From: an uncultured Bacilli bacterium
GTDB taxonomy: Bacteria; Bacillota_I; Bacilli_A; RF39; UBA660
NCBI GenBank assembly: GCA_910587325.1
Contig: CAJUKB010000002.1
Span: forward strand, 32,349-96,348
Length of the DNA stretch: 64,000 nucleotides
Direction of reading: 5' to 3'
Made by a program: the position numbers and the translations under genes. Under the pieces are notes generated by a model. That model made no database searches, had not been told where the DNA came from, and saw only the letters and a list, made by a program, of their open reading frames with translations. Of this stretch, positions 50,146-59,966 are shown piece by piece. The number at the start of each line of letters is the position of its first letter. Position 1 is the first letter of the stretch.

Positions 50146-51153
50146 CTATTCTTCAAACATTTTTTTAGCGGTTCGAAGCATTTGTGCCGTGTAGCCCATT
50201 TCATTGTCATACCAACTTGCTATTTTTACAAGTTGTTTGTCTTCTACATCCAATACATTGGTTAGAGAAGCATCTACTAAAGAGCCACACTTTTTACCAA
50301 TAATGTCACTTGATACTACGGGATCAAAGGTTACTTTTAGGGTATCGCTTTGGTTATTTAATAAAGCATTGTTAATATCACTCTCTGTTACTTTTGTTTT
50401 TAGTTCTAAAACCAAGTCTACTAAAGAGCCATCACTTACAGGTACTCGGTAAGCAAGACCATCTAGCTTTCCTGAAAGTTCTGGTATTACTTCTCCAATG
50501 GCTTTCGTTACTCCCGTAGAGGTTGGAATGATATTTTGAGCTGCAGCACGTCCACGTCTTTCTTTAATTCCTTTTTTGTGGGGAATATCAAGAGTTGCTT
50601 GATCATTAGTGTACGCATGAATGGTACTCATAAATCCTTTTTCAATTCCAAAAGTATCATGAATTACTTTTAAAACAGGGGCAAGGCAATTGGTAGTACA
50701 AGACGCTGCTGATAAAATGACATCCTCGTTTGTAATTATAGAATCATTTACACCATACACAATAGTTTTCACTCCACCCTTAGCAGGGGCAGAAATGAGT
50801 ACTTTTTTGGCTCCAGCCTCAATATGTTTATGAGCATCTTCCAAATTAGTAAATAAACCTGTGCATTCTAAAACCAAATCTACCTCTAGTTCTTTCCAAG
50901 GCAAATTGCTTGGGTCACTTTCTTTGTATACTTTAATTCTTTTTCGTGTGTTTATGACTAGCTCATCATTATCAAAGTCAATTAAATCTTCATGAAATGC
51001 GCGATGATTTGTATCGTACTTTAAAAGATAGGCTAGTTGTTCAGGGTCTGTTAAATCGTTTATAGCAACAATATCAAAAGTAGTTCCTGTTATCATTTCA
51101 CGAAAGGCGACTCTTCCAATTCTTCCAAATCCATTAATGGCAACTTTTATCAT
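50146..51153 (-). CDS. gap: glyceraldehyde-3-phosphate dehydrogenase
   Basis: The N-terminus INGFGRIGR and the active-site segment SCTTNCLAP are present. Confidence 0.9.
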   Translation of the reverse strand: MIKVAINGFGRIGRVAFREMITGTTFDIVAINDLTDPEQLAYLLKYDTNHRAFHEDLIDFDNDELVINTRKRIKVYKESDPSNLPWKELEVDLVLECTGLFTNLEDAHKHIEAGAKKVLISAPAKGGVKTIVYGVNDSIITNEDVILSAASCTTNCLAPVLKVIHDTFGIEKGFMSTIHAYTNDQATLDIPHKKGIKERRGRAAAQNIIPTSTGVTKAIGEVIPELSGKLDGLAYRVPVSDGSLVDLVLELKTKVTESDINNALLNNQSDTLKVTFDPVVSSDIIGKKCGSLVDASLTNVLDVEDKQLVKIASWYDNEMGYTAQMLRTAKKMFEE

Positions 51154-51169
51154 AAAATCAAATCCTTTC

Positions 51170-52807
51170 TTATCCGATAAATTCTCTTAAAATGGAATCT
51201 TTACTTATATATTCACTTGGTATAGGGTAAAAACCTCGTAAGGAATCAATTAGTCTTCTTGCTTCTTCATAATAAGGAGAATCAATTCCTACCGAATACA
51301 AAAGTGGTTCTACAAATACTTTTAGTACACCGACTTCAAAAGCATAAGCAGTATTCACAATAGAGTCAGCTTGATGAATAAAGGGAAAAATATATTTTTC
51401 TTCTCCTTCTCTTACACTTTGCCATAACTCAATTGTTTTTGCAACACTTGTTCCACGAGTACGATTGTCTCTAACTATCCTTCTTAGTAACCTTAAGTCC
51501 ACCGTAGAAACATAATTGTGCCTATCGATTCCTAAAGGAATAAAAGGACTTAAATAAATTTTATACTTGTATTTTTCTTCTATAGCAGATGTTAATTCTT
51601 CATTTAAGCCATGCAAGCCTTCAATTAGTAGAATACTATTTTCCTCTATTTTTACAACATTAGCACTTCTACTTTTCTTTTGAATAACAAAATCATAAAC
51701 AGGAAGATGTACTTCTTTTCCCTCTAGTAAGTCTTTTAAATCTTGGTTAAACATTTCCGTATCAATGGACTCTAAAGATTCAAAATCGTATTCTCCTTTT
51801 GCATTTTTTGGTATGTCTTGTCGTTCTTTATAGTAATCATCAACAGATATTGGAACGGTTTGGTATCCTAAGGATTTTAAATAACTTGCAAGTCGCTTCG
51901 TTGTTGTCGTTTTTCCTGTTGAAGAAGGTCCAGAAATTAAAATCATTTTCTTATCTTTAAGAGAGGCTATTTCACTTGCTAATGCAGTAATACTTTCATT
52001 AAAAACAAGTTCACAAGAGCCAATAAATTCTTGAATACGCCCACTACTTACTTCTTCGTTTAAGTCTGAAAGAAAAGGGATATGCATTTTTTTAAGCCAA
52101 TTCTGTCCTTCTAAGAAGGTATTTATAATTCCTTCATAATGAACGTATTCTGGTACAGACCCTTCGGTACGAGAACTTGGATATAATAAAACAATTCGAT
52201 TATTTTCTAAAAGCTTTAAATCAAATTTGTTAATATTCTTTGTATTATAAGGCATATCCGTATAGTAATAATTGTAGATATTTTTTAATTTATAAAAACT
52301 GACAATGTCATTGTTGGTATTATGAATATTCTTGGCTTTTTCATGCTGATTATGTGCATCAAAATAACGAATGGCCTCTTTTTTCTCAACATTGTATTTC
52401 ATTATTTTTTCGTCATTGTGGATAATACGAGCCATAGCTTCTTTTATTCTATTAATGTCTTCTTTTTCAATATCTTTTCCTTCAATTTCCGTCATGATTC
52501 CCTTAGGAACACTATGTAAAAAATGCACCTCAACTCCTGTGTAGGTTTCTTTTACCGCCACTTCAAATATAAATTTTAATGCTGCTTGGTACATACGATA
52601 GCCATAAGGATTTGTCACATCTAAAAAAGATACACTCGCGTTTTTGATTAACTTCGTGTGCATAGGAAGAATTTCGTTGTTTACTTTAACACCAATTATG
52701 TTATGTTTCATTTTAGGCTGATAACTTTCTGCTATTTCATAAAGTGGTGTTGCATAAGAAAAAGATTTCGTTGTTCCGTCAGGAAACGTAATTGTAATCT
52801 CTTGCAT
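51170..52807 (-). CDS. uridine kinase/phosphoribulokinase-family P-loop protein with an N-terminal TGS-like domain
   Basis: The N-terminus ITITFPDGTTKSFSYATPLYEIAE is TGS-like, and the P-loop GPSSTGKTT is present. Length is 545 aa. Confidence 0.6.
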   Translation of the reverse strand: MQEITITFPDGTTKSFSYATPLYEIAESYQPKMKHNIIGVKVNNEILPMHTKLIKNASVSFLDVTNPYGYRMYQAALKFIFEVAVKETYTGVEVHFLHSVPKGIMTEIEGKDIEKEDINRIKEAMARIIHNDEKIMKYNVEKKEAIRYFDAHNQHEKAKNIHNTNNDIVSFYKLKNIYNYYYTDMPYNTKNINKFDLKLLENNRIVLLYPSSRTEGSVPEYVHYEGIINTFLEGQNWLKKMHIPFLSDLNEEVSSGRIQEFIGSCELVFNESITALASEIASLKDKKMILISGPSSTGKTTTTKRLASYLKSLGYQTVPISVDDYYKERQDIPKNAKGEYDFESLESIDTEMFNQDLKDLLEGKEVHLPVYDFVIQKKSRSANVVKIEENSILLIEGLHGLNEELTSAIEEKYKYKIYLSPFIPLGIDRHNYVSTVDLRLLRRIVRDNRTRGTSVAKTIELWQSVREGEEKYIFPFIHQADSIVNTAYAFEVGVLKVFVEPLLYSVGIDSPYYEEARRLIDSLRGFYPIPSEYISKDSILREFIG

Positions 52808-52954
52808 ACTTACCCCTCGTATTCTAATTCATTTTATCACAAATTGAGGAGTTTTGGGTAAAAAGTTTTGTATTTCTTATAGCTAAAATTAGACATCTTT
52901 TTCTCGTATAAAAAATGTATATTTTATCTATGATAGTAGTAGGTGATACTTAAA

Positions 52955-53518
52955 ATGAATATTATACCAACAGTAGTAGAGAAGAGTAGTAACCATGAAT
53001 ATGCATATGATTTGTATTCTAGACTATTAAAGGATAGAATTGTTTTCTTAACCGGAGAAATTAATATGGCTACGGCAAATATTATTATCAGTGAACTTTT
53101 ATATTTAGATTCTTTAAATCACGAAGAAATCTGTTTGTATATCAATAGCCCTGGTGGAGAAGTATGTAGTGGATTTGCTATATTTGATACTATACAATTT
53201 ATAAAAAGTGATGTAAGAACAATTGTTGTAGGTATGGCCGCAAGTATGGCCGCATTCTTGCTTGCTTGTGGCGATAAACGCTCGGCTCTTAAAAACGCCG
53301 AAGTAATGATTCATCAACCTCTTGGTGGTATACAAGGGCAAGCAACCGATATTAAGATTGTTGCGGACCATATTTTAAAAACGAAGAAGAAATTAATTGA
53401 AATATTAGCAAAAAGAACCAAGAAAAAAGCTTCTGTTTTAGAAGCAGATATGGAACGAGATTTTTATATGAACAGTAAAGAAGCTTTAGAGTATGGAATT
53501 ATAGATGAAATTCTATAG
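52955..53518 (+). CDS. clpP: ATP-dependent Clp protease proteolytic subunit
   Basis: The Ser-His-Asp triad context (GMAASMAA, MIHQP) is present. The ATG at 52955 is preferred because AGGTGA lies 8 nt upstream. Confidence 0.9.
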   Translation: MNIIPTVVEKSSNHEYAYDLYSRLLKDRIVFLTGEINMATANIIISELLYLDSLNHEEICLYINSPGGEVCSGFAIFDTIQFIKSDVRTIVVGMAASMAAFLLACGDKRSALKNAEVMIHQPLGGIQGQATDIKIVADHILKTKKKLIEILAKRTKKKASVLEADMERDFYMNSKEALEYGIIDEIL

Positions 53519-54157
53519 TTCTTTTTTATTTGGATTACAAATTGCGTTTATTTCTTTATCGTTTAAACTTTTAACTCTTTTTATTGCTTCATCACGCGAA
53601 GTTTCTAATAATTGTTTAAAATAATAGAGTTGTAAGCGATTGAAAGGCTCTGTTGCATACCCTTTTGTTATTTTCTCTATACCTTTACTAGAATAAAAAT
53701 AAGTTTCTTTTGAAGGGCATTCTAAAAAGTGATTTGGCATAAATATAATACTATTATTATTGCTTGATAACTCTATTAGTCTAGGCTGATTTGTTTCTAA
53801 ATCACAATATAAATTGTATAATTTTAAAGGTTTAGGAATCCCCAAAACCCCTTTAGACCAATCAATGCTTGTTAATTCAGGTTGTCCATCATTTATACAG
53901 GCATCTTTTCTTTGAATGCAATTGATATAAAATAAAATTTGACTGCTTTCTTTTGTATATTGAAAAGTGGATAAAAAGGCATTTCTTAATATTTCCTCTT
54001 TAGTAATTTTCTTAACATTTTCTTCATTCACATTAGAAAAATATTGGCTTGTAAATGTAGAAACAGCATTGTTGGCTACACTTTCTAATAATATTCTTTG
54101 TCCTTCTAATTGCATTTTATATGTTTCTCTAGCTTGTTTTAACTCTAATTCTGTCAT
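53513..54157 (-). CDS. hypothetical protein
   Basis: The ORF lies downstream of whiA. An internal start (MTELELKQ) is chosen so it does not overlap whiA. No motif was recognised. Confidence 0.4.
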   Translation of the reverse strand: MTELELKQARETYKMQLEGQRILLESVANNAVSTFTSQYFSNVNEENVKKITKEEILRNAFLSTFQYTKESSQILFYINCIQRKDACINDGQPELTSIDWSKGVLGIPKPLKLYNLYCDLETNQPRLIELSSNNNSIIFMPNHFLECPSKETYFYSSKGIEKITKGYATEPFNRLQLYYFKQLLETSRDEAIKRVKSLNDKEINAICNPNKKEL

Positions 54158-54185
54158 ATAAATCCTTCTTTCTTGTTTGTTTATT

Positions 54186-55121
54186 CTAACATTTATCTTT
54201 ATATTGTTCAATTAGTTTTTTCATTTTAATAAAATGATGATTAATACCAGATTTCCCTATTTTATAATCCGTTTCTAAAGAAATGATTTCAGCAAGTTCT
54301 GCATAAGAAGATTCAGGATATTTATAACGATATTCCAAAACAATTTGTGTATGGTCATCGAGTAGAGACATTAAGTCATTTTCTTTCATAAATTTTATAC
54401 TTTCTATTTGTTTTATACCCGTTTGAGTTGTTTTTTCTTGATTCGCAATTTCACAATTGTTAAGACGATTGACCATATTCTTGTGGTCTCGATAAATCCT
54501 TATATCTTCAAAGTAGAAAAGAGAATTTACTGCGTGAAACATTTTAATTATATCGCTAATCACTTCCGCACTTTTAATGTAGGTCATATAACGATTGCTT
54601 CTTTTTAATACCTTGGCCTCTATTTTAAAACTTTTTAAGATATTCTTGATAAACTCAGCATCAGTTTTGGTTAGAAAAACAAACTCTAAATGATATCCAC
54701 TAGTACTTGGATCATTTATGGAACCAATTGTTAAAAATGTCCCTCTTAAATAAGATACTTTTTCTTCAAAAGCTTCAAAATAATTTTCGTTTGCTTTTAT
54801 TTTTTTACCATTTTCATAAATATATAGAGATTCTAAAATGTAGTTTACTTTTTCTTTGATTTCTAAAATATAAATTTGTTTTATGCGAAATCTTTTTTGA
54901 TTACGCACGATAATCTTGATATTAATTCCAAATACTTCTTTTAAATAAGAGTAAATCCGACGTGCAATTTTAGCATTTTCACTTGTTAAAGTAATTTTAT
55001 CTTTTTCTATTTTAGCATCGTATCTTAGGATGGCAGAAAGTTCTGCTCTTTTTTCCATGAGGTTACTATTGTATTCAGTCATTTCTTCTTTTAAACGTGT
55101 TGAAAAAGTCAAAGTTATCAC
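54186..55121 (-). CDS. whiA: probable sporulation/cell-division regulator WhiA
   Basis: It is 311 aa with an N-terminal LAGLIDADG-like region and a C-terminal helix-turn-helix. Length and organisation are typical of WhiA (YvcL). Confidence 0.55.
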   Translation of the reverse strand: MITLTFSTRLKEEMTEYNSNLMEKRAELSAILRYDAKIEKDKITLTSENAKIARRIYSYLKEVFGINIKIIVRNQKRFRIKQIYILEIKEKVNYILESLYIYENGKKIKANENYFEAFEEKVSYLRGTFLTIGSINDPSTSGYHLEFVFLTKTDAEFIKNILKSFKIEAKVLKRSNRYMTYIKSAEVISDIIKMFHAVNSLFYFEDIRIYRDHKNMVNRLNNCEIANQEKTTQTGIKQIESIKFMKENDLMSLLDDHTQIVLEYRYKYPESSYAELAEIISLETDYKIGKSGINHHFIKMKKLIEQYKDKC

Positions 55122-55188
55122 TTTCTTTCTTTTTGTTTATTATATCAATAATTGCAAAAGAAAAGAAACTTATTTTTAGTTTCTCACT

Positions 55189-56430
55189 TTATTTTGCATA
55201 AGCAGTACGAGTAGTCCAACTATATCCTTTTTGATTTTTAAATCCTGGAGGAACAATTACTTTAGAAGTTGGTATACTTCCGGAATAATATCCTTTTGCT
55301 ACTCCAAAATGCAAGTGAGCCCCTGTAGTACAGCTATCGTATCCACCATTTTTCTTGGCAGTAGAGCCTCCCCCTACAGTTCCTATAATTGTATTTTGGG
55401 TAACAACTTGTCCAACTTTTACATTGATTTTAAGTAAATGATAATAATAGGTTGTGTATTTTACTCCACCAACATTCACAGTAATATAAACCATATTTCC
55501 ACCGCAACTATAACGATTAACAACACCAGAAACAGTTCCTGCTGCTGCGGCATAAATAGGAGTTCCTTCGGCATTCTTGCCAATATCAATCCCACTATGA
55601 AAACTATATTTTACACCTGTTACGGGATGAGTTCTATATCCTTCTGGACTTGTAACTGTACCTTTATTTAAAGGTTTTAACCATCCGGCATTGTATACTA
55701 AAAATTCATCTATTTTGGCAGTTGCTACTACTTTCCCATATTTTTCTTTACATTTGTTTTCCAAATCTTTCAAGTTCGCTTCAGCTAATTTTATTTTAGT
55801 GTCTATATCGAGTTCAAATTTATCATAAGATTCTAAATCTCCATATAAACTTTCAATCTTTTTTTGATAATCCTCTATCTTTTGCTCTAAATCTTTTTGT
55901 TTTTGTGCTAAATCAATTTTTAGTTGTTCATTTTGTTTAATTAAAACTTTTAAATTTTCTAGATTTTTTTGATTAGAATCTGTAATTTGTTCTACAGCTG
56001 CAATACGCATGACAAGGTCAGTAATCGAAGAAGAATCTGAGATGTATTTTAAGTAGACATTCTGACTTTGTAATTGTTGTAGTACTTTTAAGATTTGTTC
56101 GGTTTGTTCTTTTAATCCTTCTATTCTTTCGTTGGATTCTTCAATCTTAGCTTCGGCTTCATCCATATCCGATTCTGCTTGGGTTATGTCGGCTTCCGCT
56201 TGCGTTATGGCATTTTTCTTATTTTTAATTTCATTTTGAGCACTTTGTTGTTTTCGATCAATTTCAGCTTTTTGTTTTTTTAATTCCGTTAAATTATGTT
56301 GTAAATCTCCAATTGTTTGTGGTTCTTTAATCTCAGCTGCTTTTACAGAAATAGGTGTAAAAGTATAGGTGAATAAAACTGAAATCAACATTATAATGCT
56401 AAATGTTCTTTTCATCCTTTTCTTCATCAT
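55189..56430 (-). CDS. secreted M23 (LytM) peptidase with an N-terminal coiled-coil, EnvC/PcsB-like
   Basis: A signal peptide and a long coiled-coil are followed by a C-terminal LytM domain (HSGIDIG...GAHLHFGV). It lies immediately downstream of ftsEX. Confidence 0.75.
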   Translation of the reverse strand: MMKKRMKRTFSIIMLISVLFTYTFTPISVKAAEIKEPQTIGDLQHNLTELKKQKAEIDRKQQSAQNEIKNKKNAITQAEADITQAESDMDEAEAKIEESNERIEGLKEQTEQILKVLQQLQSQNVYLKYISDSSSITDLVMRIAAVEQITDSNQKNLENLKVLIKQNEQLKIDLAQKQKDLEQKIEDYQKKIESLYGDLESYDKFELDIDTKIKLAEANLKDLENKCKEKYGKVVATAKIDEFLVYNAGWLKPLNKGTVTSPEGYRTHPVTGVKYSFHSGIDIGKNAEGTPIYAAAAGTVSGVVNRYSCGGNMVYITVNVGGVKYTTYYYHLLKINVKVGQVVTQNTIIGTVGGGSTAKKNGGYDSCTTGAHLHFGVAKGYYSGSIPTSKVIVPPGFKNQKGYSWTTRTAYAK

Positions 56431-57320
56431 ATCTTCAAATACTTCCTTACTGCTCTGTAACTACCTAGCATACCGATAACCGCACCAATAATCACTAATA
56501 TTCCCGAAACATATAAAATGAAATTAAATGGTTCTGCTAAACGTATAATTTGGGTAAATAAGTATCCGTTAAAGTGGTCAAATAATAAAACATAGCCATA
56601 AATAGTTACCAATATTGGAATAATACTTCCAAGAATTCCTAAGAAGAGCCCTTCAAAAAGGAATGGTAAACGGATAGAAACATTACTAGCTCCCACTAAA
56701 CGCATAATTTCAATTTCACTTTTTCTAGAAAATATGGTTAATTTAATGGTATTACCTATTAAAAAAGCGGTAACGAGTACTAAAGCTAAAACAATGATAA
56801 TCGTTACTTTTTCAATAACATCAAAGGCTTTTACTAAGTTTTCTGCCATTCCTTCTCCGTAATCAGCACTAGCAACATAGTCGTATTTTTTGATTTCCTC
56901 TGTAGTATCTTTGAGATGCGTTACATCTTTTACCGTTACTGTAAAGGAATTTAGTAAAGGATTAGTATCTAGAAAATCTAAGGCTGTATTAAATGTATCA
57001 GAATACGTTTTCATTTCTAGTTTCCATTCGTCTTTGCTTTTGTATTTATAGGAAGCAACGTTTTTCATATTATCTAAGCTTGTTTTTAATTCGTTAATAT
57101 TTTCTTCTGTTCCTGTGTCTTTTATATAGACAACAATGGTTAATTCACGTTCCAAGTCACTTGTAACATTTTTTACATTGTAAGAAATCACCATAGCAAC
57201 AGCTACTAAGATTAATGTAATGCTGCTACAAGTAATAGCAGCTGTAGATAAACTAAAGTTACGAATAACACTTTTTAGGGAATCACGTATTCCGCGAGTA
57301 AATATTCTAATTGCTTTCAT
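56427..57320 (-). CDS. ftsX: cell division permease-like protein FtsX
   Basis: An N-terminal transmembrane helix, a large extracellular loop and three C-terminal transmembrane helices are present. It overlaps ftsE by a few nucleotides. Confidence 0.8.
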   Translation of the reverse strand: MKAIRIFTRGIRDSLKSVIRNFSLSTAAITCSSITLILVAVAMVISYNVKNVTSDLERELTIVVYIKDTGTEENINELKTSLDNMKNVASYKYKSKDEWKLEMKTYSDTFNTALDFLDTNPLLNSFTVTVKDVTHLKDTTEEIKKYDYVASADYGEGMAENLVKAFDVIEKVTIIIVLALVLVTAFLIGNTIKLTIFSRKSEIEIMRLVGASNVSIRLPFLFEGLFLGILGSIIPILVTIYGYVLLFDHFNGYLFTQIIRLAEPFNFILYVSGILVIIGAVIGMLGSYRAVRKYLKI

Positions 57321-58020
57321 GTACTACATAACTTCCTTTCTTATCATCTCCTGCTAAAACACCATTATCTAATAAAAGTACTCTTTTTTTCATTTTATTT
57401 ACAATGTCTCTATCATGGGTAGCCATAATAATAGTCGTTCCTAATTCACGATTAATTTTATCTAATATTCCCACTATTTCTCTTGAAATATCTGGGTCTA
57501 AATTTCCTGTTGGTTCATCACAAATTAAAAGCCTTGGTTCATTTACGATTGCTCTTGCAATACAAACTCTTTGTTGTTCTCCGCCAGATAATTGATTAGG
57601 AAAACTACGCATTTTATCTTTTAAACCAACGTTTTCTAAGGCTTTAATAACTTTTGGCCTTATATCTTTATTATGCATGCCAATTGCTTCTAGAGCAAAA
57701 GCAACATTTTCATACACGGTTAGTTTAGGAAGTAACTTAAAATCTTGAAATACGATTCCTAATTTTCTTCTTAATTTAAATACTTTAGAATTTCTTAGTT
57801 TCGCCACGTTAATACCTCCAACAAAAACACTACCATTTGTTGGTTTTTCTTCACGATATAACATTTTAATAAATGTAGATTTACCACTACCACTTGCTCC
57901 AATAACAAAGACGAATTCTCCTTTTTCAATAGATAAATTTAAATCTGCAATCGCTGTAACGCCATTGTTATATACTTTATAGCAATTTTTTACTTCAATT
58001 AACTTCACTACTATTTCCAC
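57307..58020 (-). CDS. ftsE: cell division ABC ATPase FtsE
   Basis: Walker A GASGSGKST, the signature LSGGEQQR and Walker B LLICDEPT are present. Confidence 0.85.
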   Translation of the reverse strand: MEIVVKLIEVKNCYKVYNNGVTAIADLNLSIEKGEFVFVIGASGSGKSTFIKMLYREEKPTNGSVFVGGINVAKLRNSKVFKLRRKLGIVFQDFKLLPKLTVYENVAFALEAIGMHNKDIRPKVIKALENVGLKDKMRSFPNQLSGGEQQRVCIARAIVNEPRLLICDEPTGNLDPDISREIVGILDKINRELGTTIIMATHDRDIVNKMKKRVLLLDNGVLAGDDKKGSYVVHESN

Positions 58021-58109
58021 CTCATATTATAAGTAATTATATCATTATTTTTACATTTAATAAATGGTAAATTTCTCCGGTTTATAAAGTTGGAGCTTGT
58101 TCTTCCATC

Positions 58110-59066
58110 TTACTCCCCTTTTATACTTCCAATTATTTTTCGTGTCTTTTGAACTCCACCGGTAACTTCATAGCAATCGTTAATGACAAAGAAGGCATTT
58201 TTATCTATTTCTAAAACGGTTTCTTTAAATAAATAATAATCCTTATTCGGCACTACACACATTAAAACATGATTTTCTTCTCCACTAAATCCACCTTTTG
58301 CATTAAAAATGGTTACCCCTGTTTTTAACTCGTCCATGATAAAGTCTTTTACTTTTTCTTCTTCCTTGGTGTAGATAAAGAATAGTTTGCTATTGGATAT
58401 ACCGATAATAATTCTATCAATTAACATGGTATTTAAAAATAAAACAATTAAAGAATAAATAAATTTATTGGCTCCGAAAATAATTAGGCCAAATACCATA
58501 ATAACGATATTAATAGAAAAAACAGCTTTTCCTTCTGGTAATTTTCCGTATTTATTGACAATCTTCATTACTACATCACTACCTCCGGTATTAAATCCGG
58601 TTTTGTAAATCAAGCCATTAGCAACTCCACATAAAACGCCTCCGATTAAGGCAACTATAATGGTAGAATCAAATTCTAAATGAGGAAGTAAATAAATAGC
58701 AAGTGGCTCTGTAATGCTAACAAAAACAGGATACAAAATAGAACCAAGTATACAACGTCTTGTTTCTTTCCAACCTAAAAAGAAAAAGGCAAGTAAAATC
58801 AATATAAAACTAGAAATACCAATAAAAATAGCAGGGTTTAAACCAAAAAGCTCTTTTAAAATAATTGCAAGTCCACTTGTTCCTCCAATAACAAAATTGT
58901 TCGGAGATAAAAATAAATTATAGTTTAAAGCAAGTAGAGCGACACTAAAAATAAGAATAAAACTTCTAATATAAAAATTTTTTTTGGTTACAGCTTCTCT
59001 AATACTTCTTAAATCAAAATTTAAATCCATATTATTCACCATATCTATTATACTAAAGTTTATCAT
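58110..59066 (-). CDS. YitT-family membrane protein (DUF161/DUF2179)
   Basis: A five-transmembrane core is followed by a C-terminal soluble domain. Length is 318 aa. Confidence 0.65.
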   Translation of the reverse strand: MINFSIIDMVNNMDLNFDLRSIREAVTKKNFYIRSFILIFSVALLALNYNLFLSPNNFVIGGTSGLAIILKELFGLNPAIFIGISSFILILLAFFFLGWKETRRCILGSILYPVFVSITEPLAIYLLPHLEFDSTIIVALIGGVLCGVANGLIYKTGFNTGGSDVVMKIVNKYGKLPEGKAVFSINIVIMVFGLIIFGANKFIYSLIVLFLNTMLIDRIIIGISNSKLFFIYTKEEEKVKDFIMDELKTGVTIFNAKGGFSGEENHVLMCVVPNKDYYLFKETVLEIDKNAFFVINDCYEVTGGVQKTRKIIGSIKGE

Positions 59067-59111
59067 AATTTGAAACCATAACCATATACATTACTAGAGG
59101 TGAAATTTTAA

Positions 59112-59492
59112 ATGAATGGTAGTTACTATCAAAATCCAACATTTCCAGGAGCAAATGACAATATAGGTTTTAACGGAAATTATACAACACAGAGTACTCC
59201 TCCAGGAAATATAAGCTATAATCCTGATATAGATATGGAACAAAGTTACATTGAAAACATTTTAAGACTAAATAAAGGGCAAAGAGTTAGAGCTTACGTA
59301 TCTTATCCGGATTCTGTAGAATGGCGTGATAGAGTTTATAATGGCATTATTGAAGAAGCAGGAAAAGACCACTTAATTATTAGTGATCCTAATACAGGAA
59401 AATGGTATTTAATTCGTATGATTTACTTAGATTATGTTGAATTTGATGAACGTATTCACTATAGTCATGCTTATTCAGAAAAAACTTTTTAG
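59112..59492 (+). CDS. GerQ-like spore coat protein
   Basis: The core YIENILRLNKGQRVRAY...IISDPNTGKWYLIRMIYLDYVEF resembles the GerQ/YwdL family. Confidence 0.4.
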   Translation: MNGSYYQNPTFPGANDNIGFNGNYTTQSTPPGNISYNPDIDMEQSYIENILRLNKGQRVRAYVSYPDSVEWRDRVYNGIIEEAGKDHLIISDPNTGKWYLIRMIYLDYVEFDERIHYSHAYSEKTF

Positions 59493-59520
59493 ACAAGAAC
59501 AGCGTTTCTTGTTTTTCTTT
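59493..59520 (+). terminator. rho-independent terminator after the gerQ-like gene
   Basis: ACAAGAA-cagcgt-TTCTTGT is followed by TTTTCTTT directly after the TAG stop. Confidence 0.6.
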
Positions 59521-59591
59521 ACTTCTATAAAAAAGTATATTAAACTTATTTTAAGCGAGACACATAAATAGTGCTTGCTATTTAGAACATT

Positions 59592-59620
59592 CACCATCTT
59601 AACAGATGGTGTCTTTTAAT
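59592..59620 (+). terminator. second terminator-like hairpin
   Basis: CACCATCT-taac-AGATGGTG is followed by TCTTTTAATGTTTC. Confidence 0.4.
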
Positions 59621-59966
59621 GTTTCTCAAGAACCAAAACCCGTCTGAATTTAATCATCTAGTTAAATAGTATCAAGAGAATGATTATAACAATCAAGAGT
59701 AAAATAAGAAATTCTTTTTTGGGAGTCTAGCCGCTACCTCCGTAAAATTATTTTTTAAAGTAGCAAACACAACCTGTTTTTTGCATCTCGCAAGAACACT
59801 ATATAACATGAGAAAATGAAATGCAAATCACTAATTTTCCAAATTGGAGTTCCAAAATAACAAATTGAAGCTTCAATTCCCCAAAAGAAAAGCTAAATTT
59901 ATTAAAATTGAATATAACTTTAACAAAATTAGCAAAATTTTAATTTTTGCTTATTTTTTTATTTTA

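Noticed and set aside
52808-52954. A CtsR operator (AGTCAAA-nan-AGTCAAA) upstream of clpP.
   Set aside because: No heptad direct repeat was found in the divergent intergenic region.
59700-59760. A GC-rich stretch (GGGAGTCTAGCCGCTACCTCC) that might belong to a known structured RNA such as tmRNA, RNase P, SRP or 6S.
   Set aside because: None of the signature motifs of those RNAs is present. It is kept only within the generic intergenic finding.
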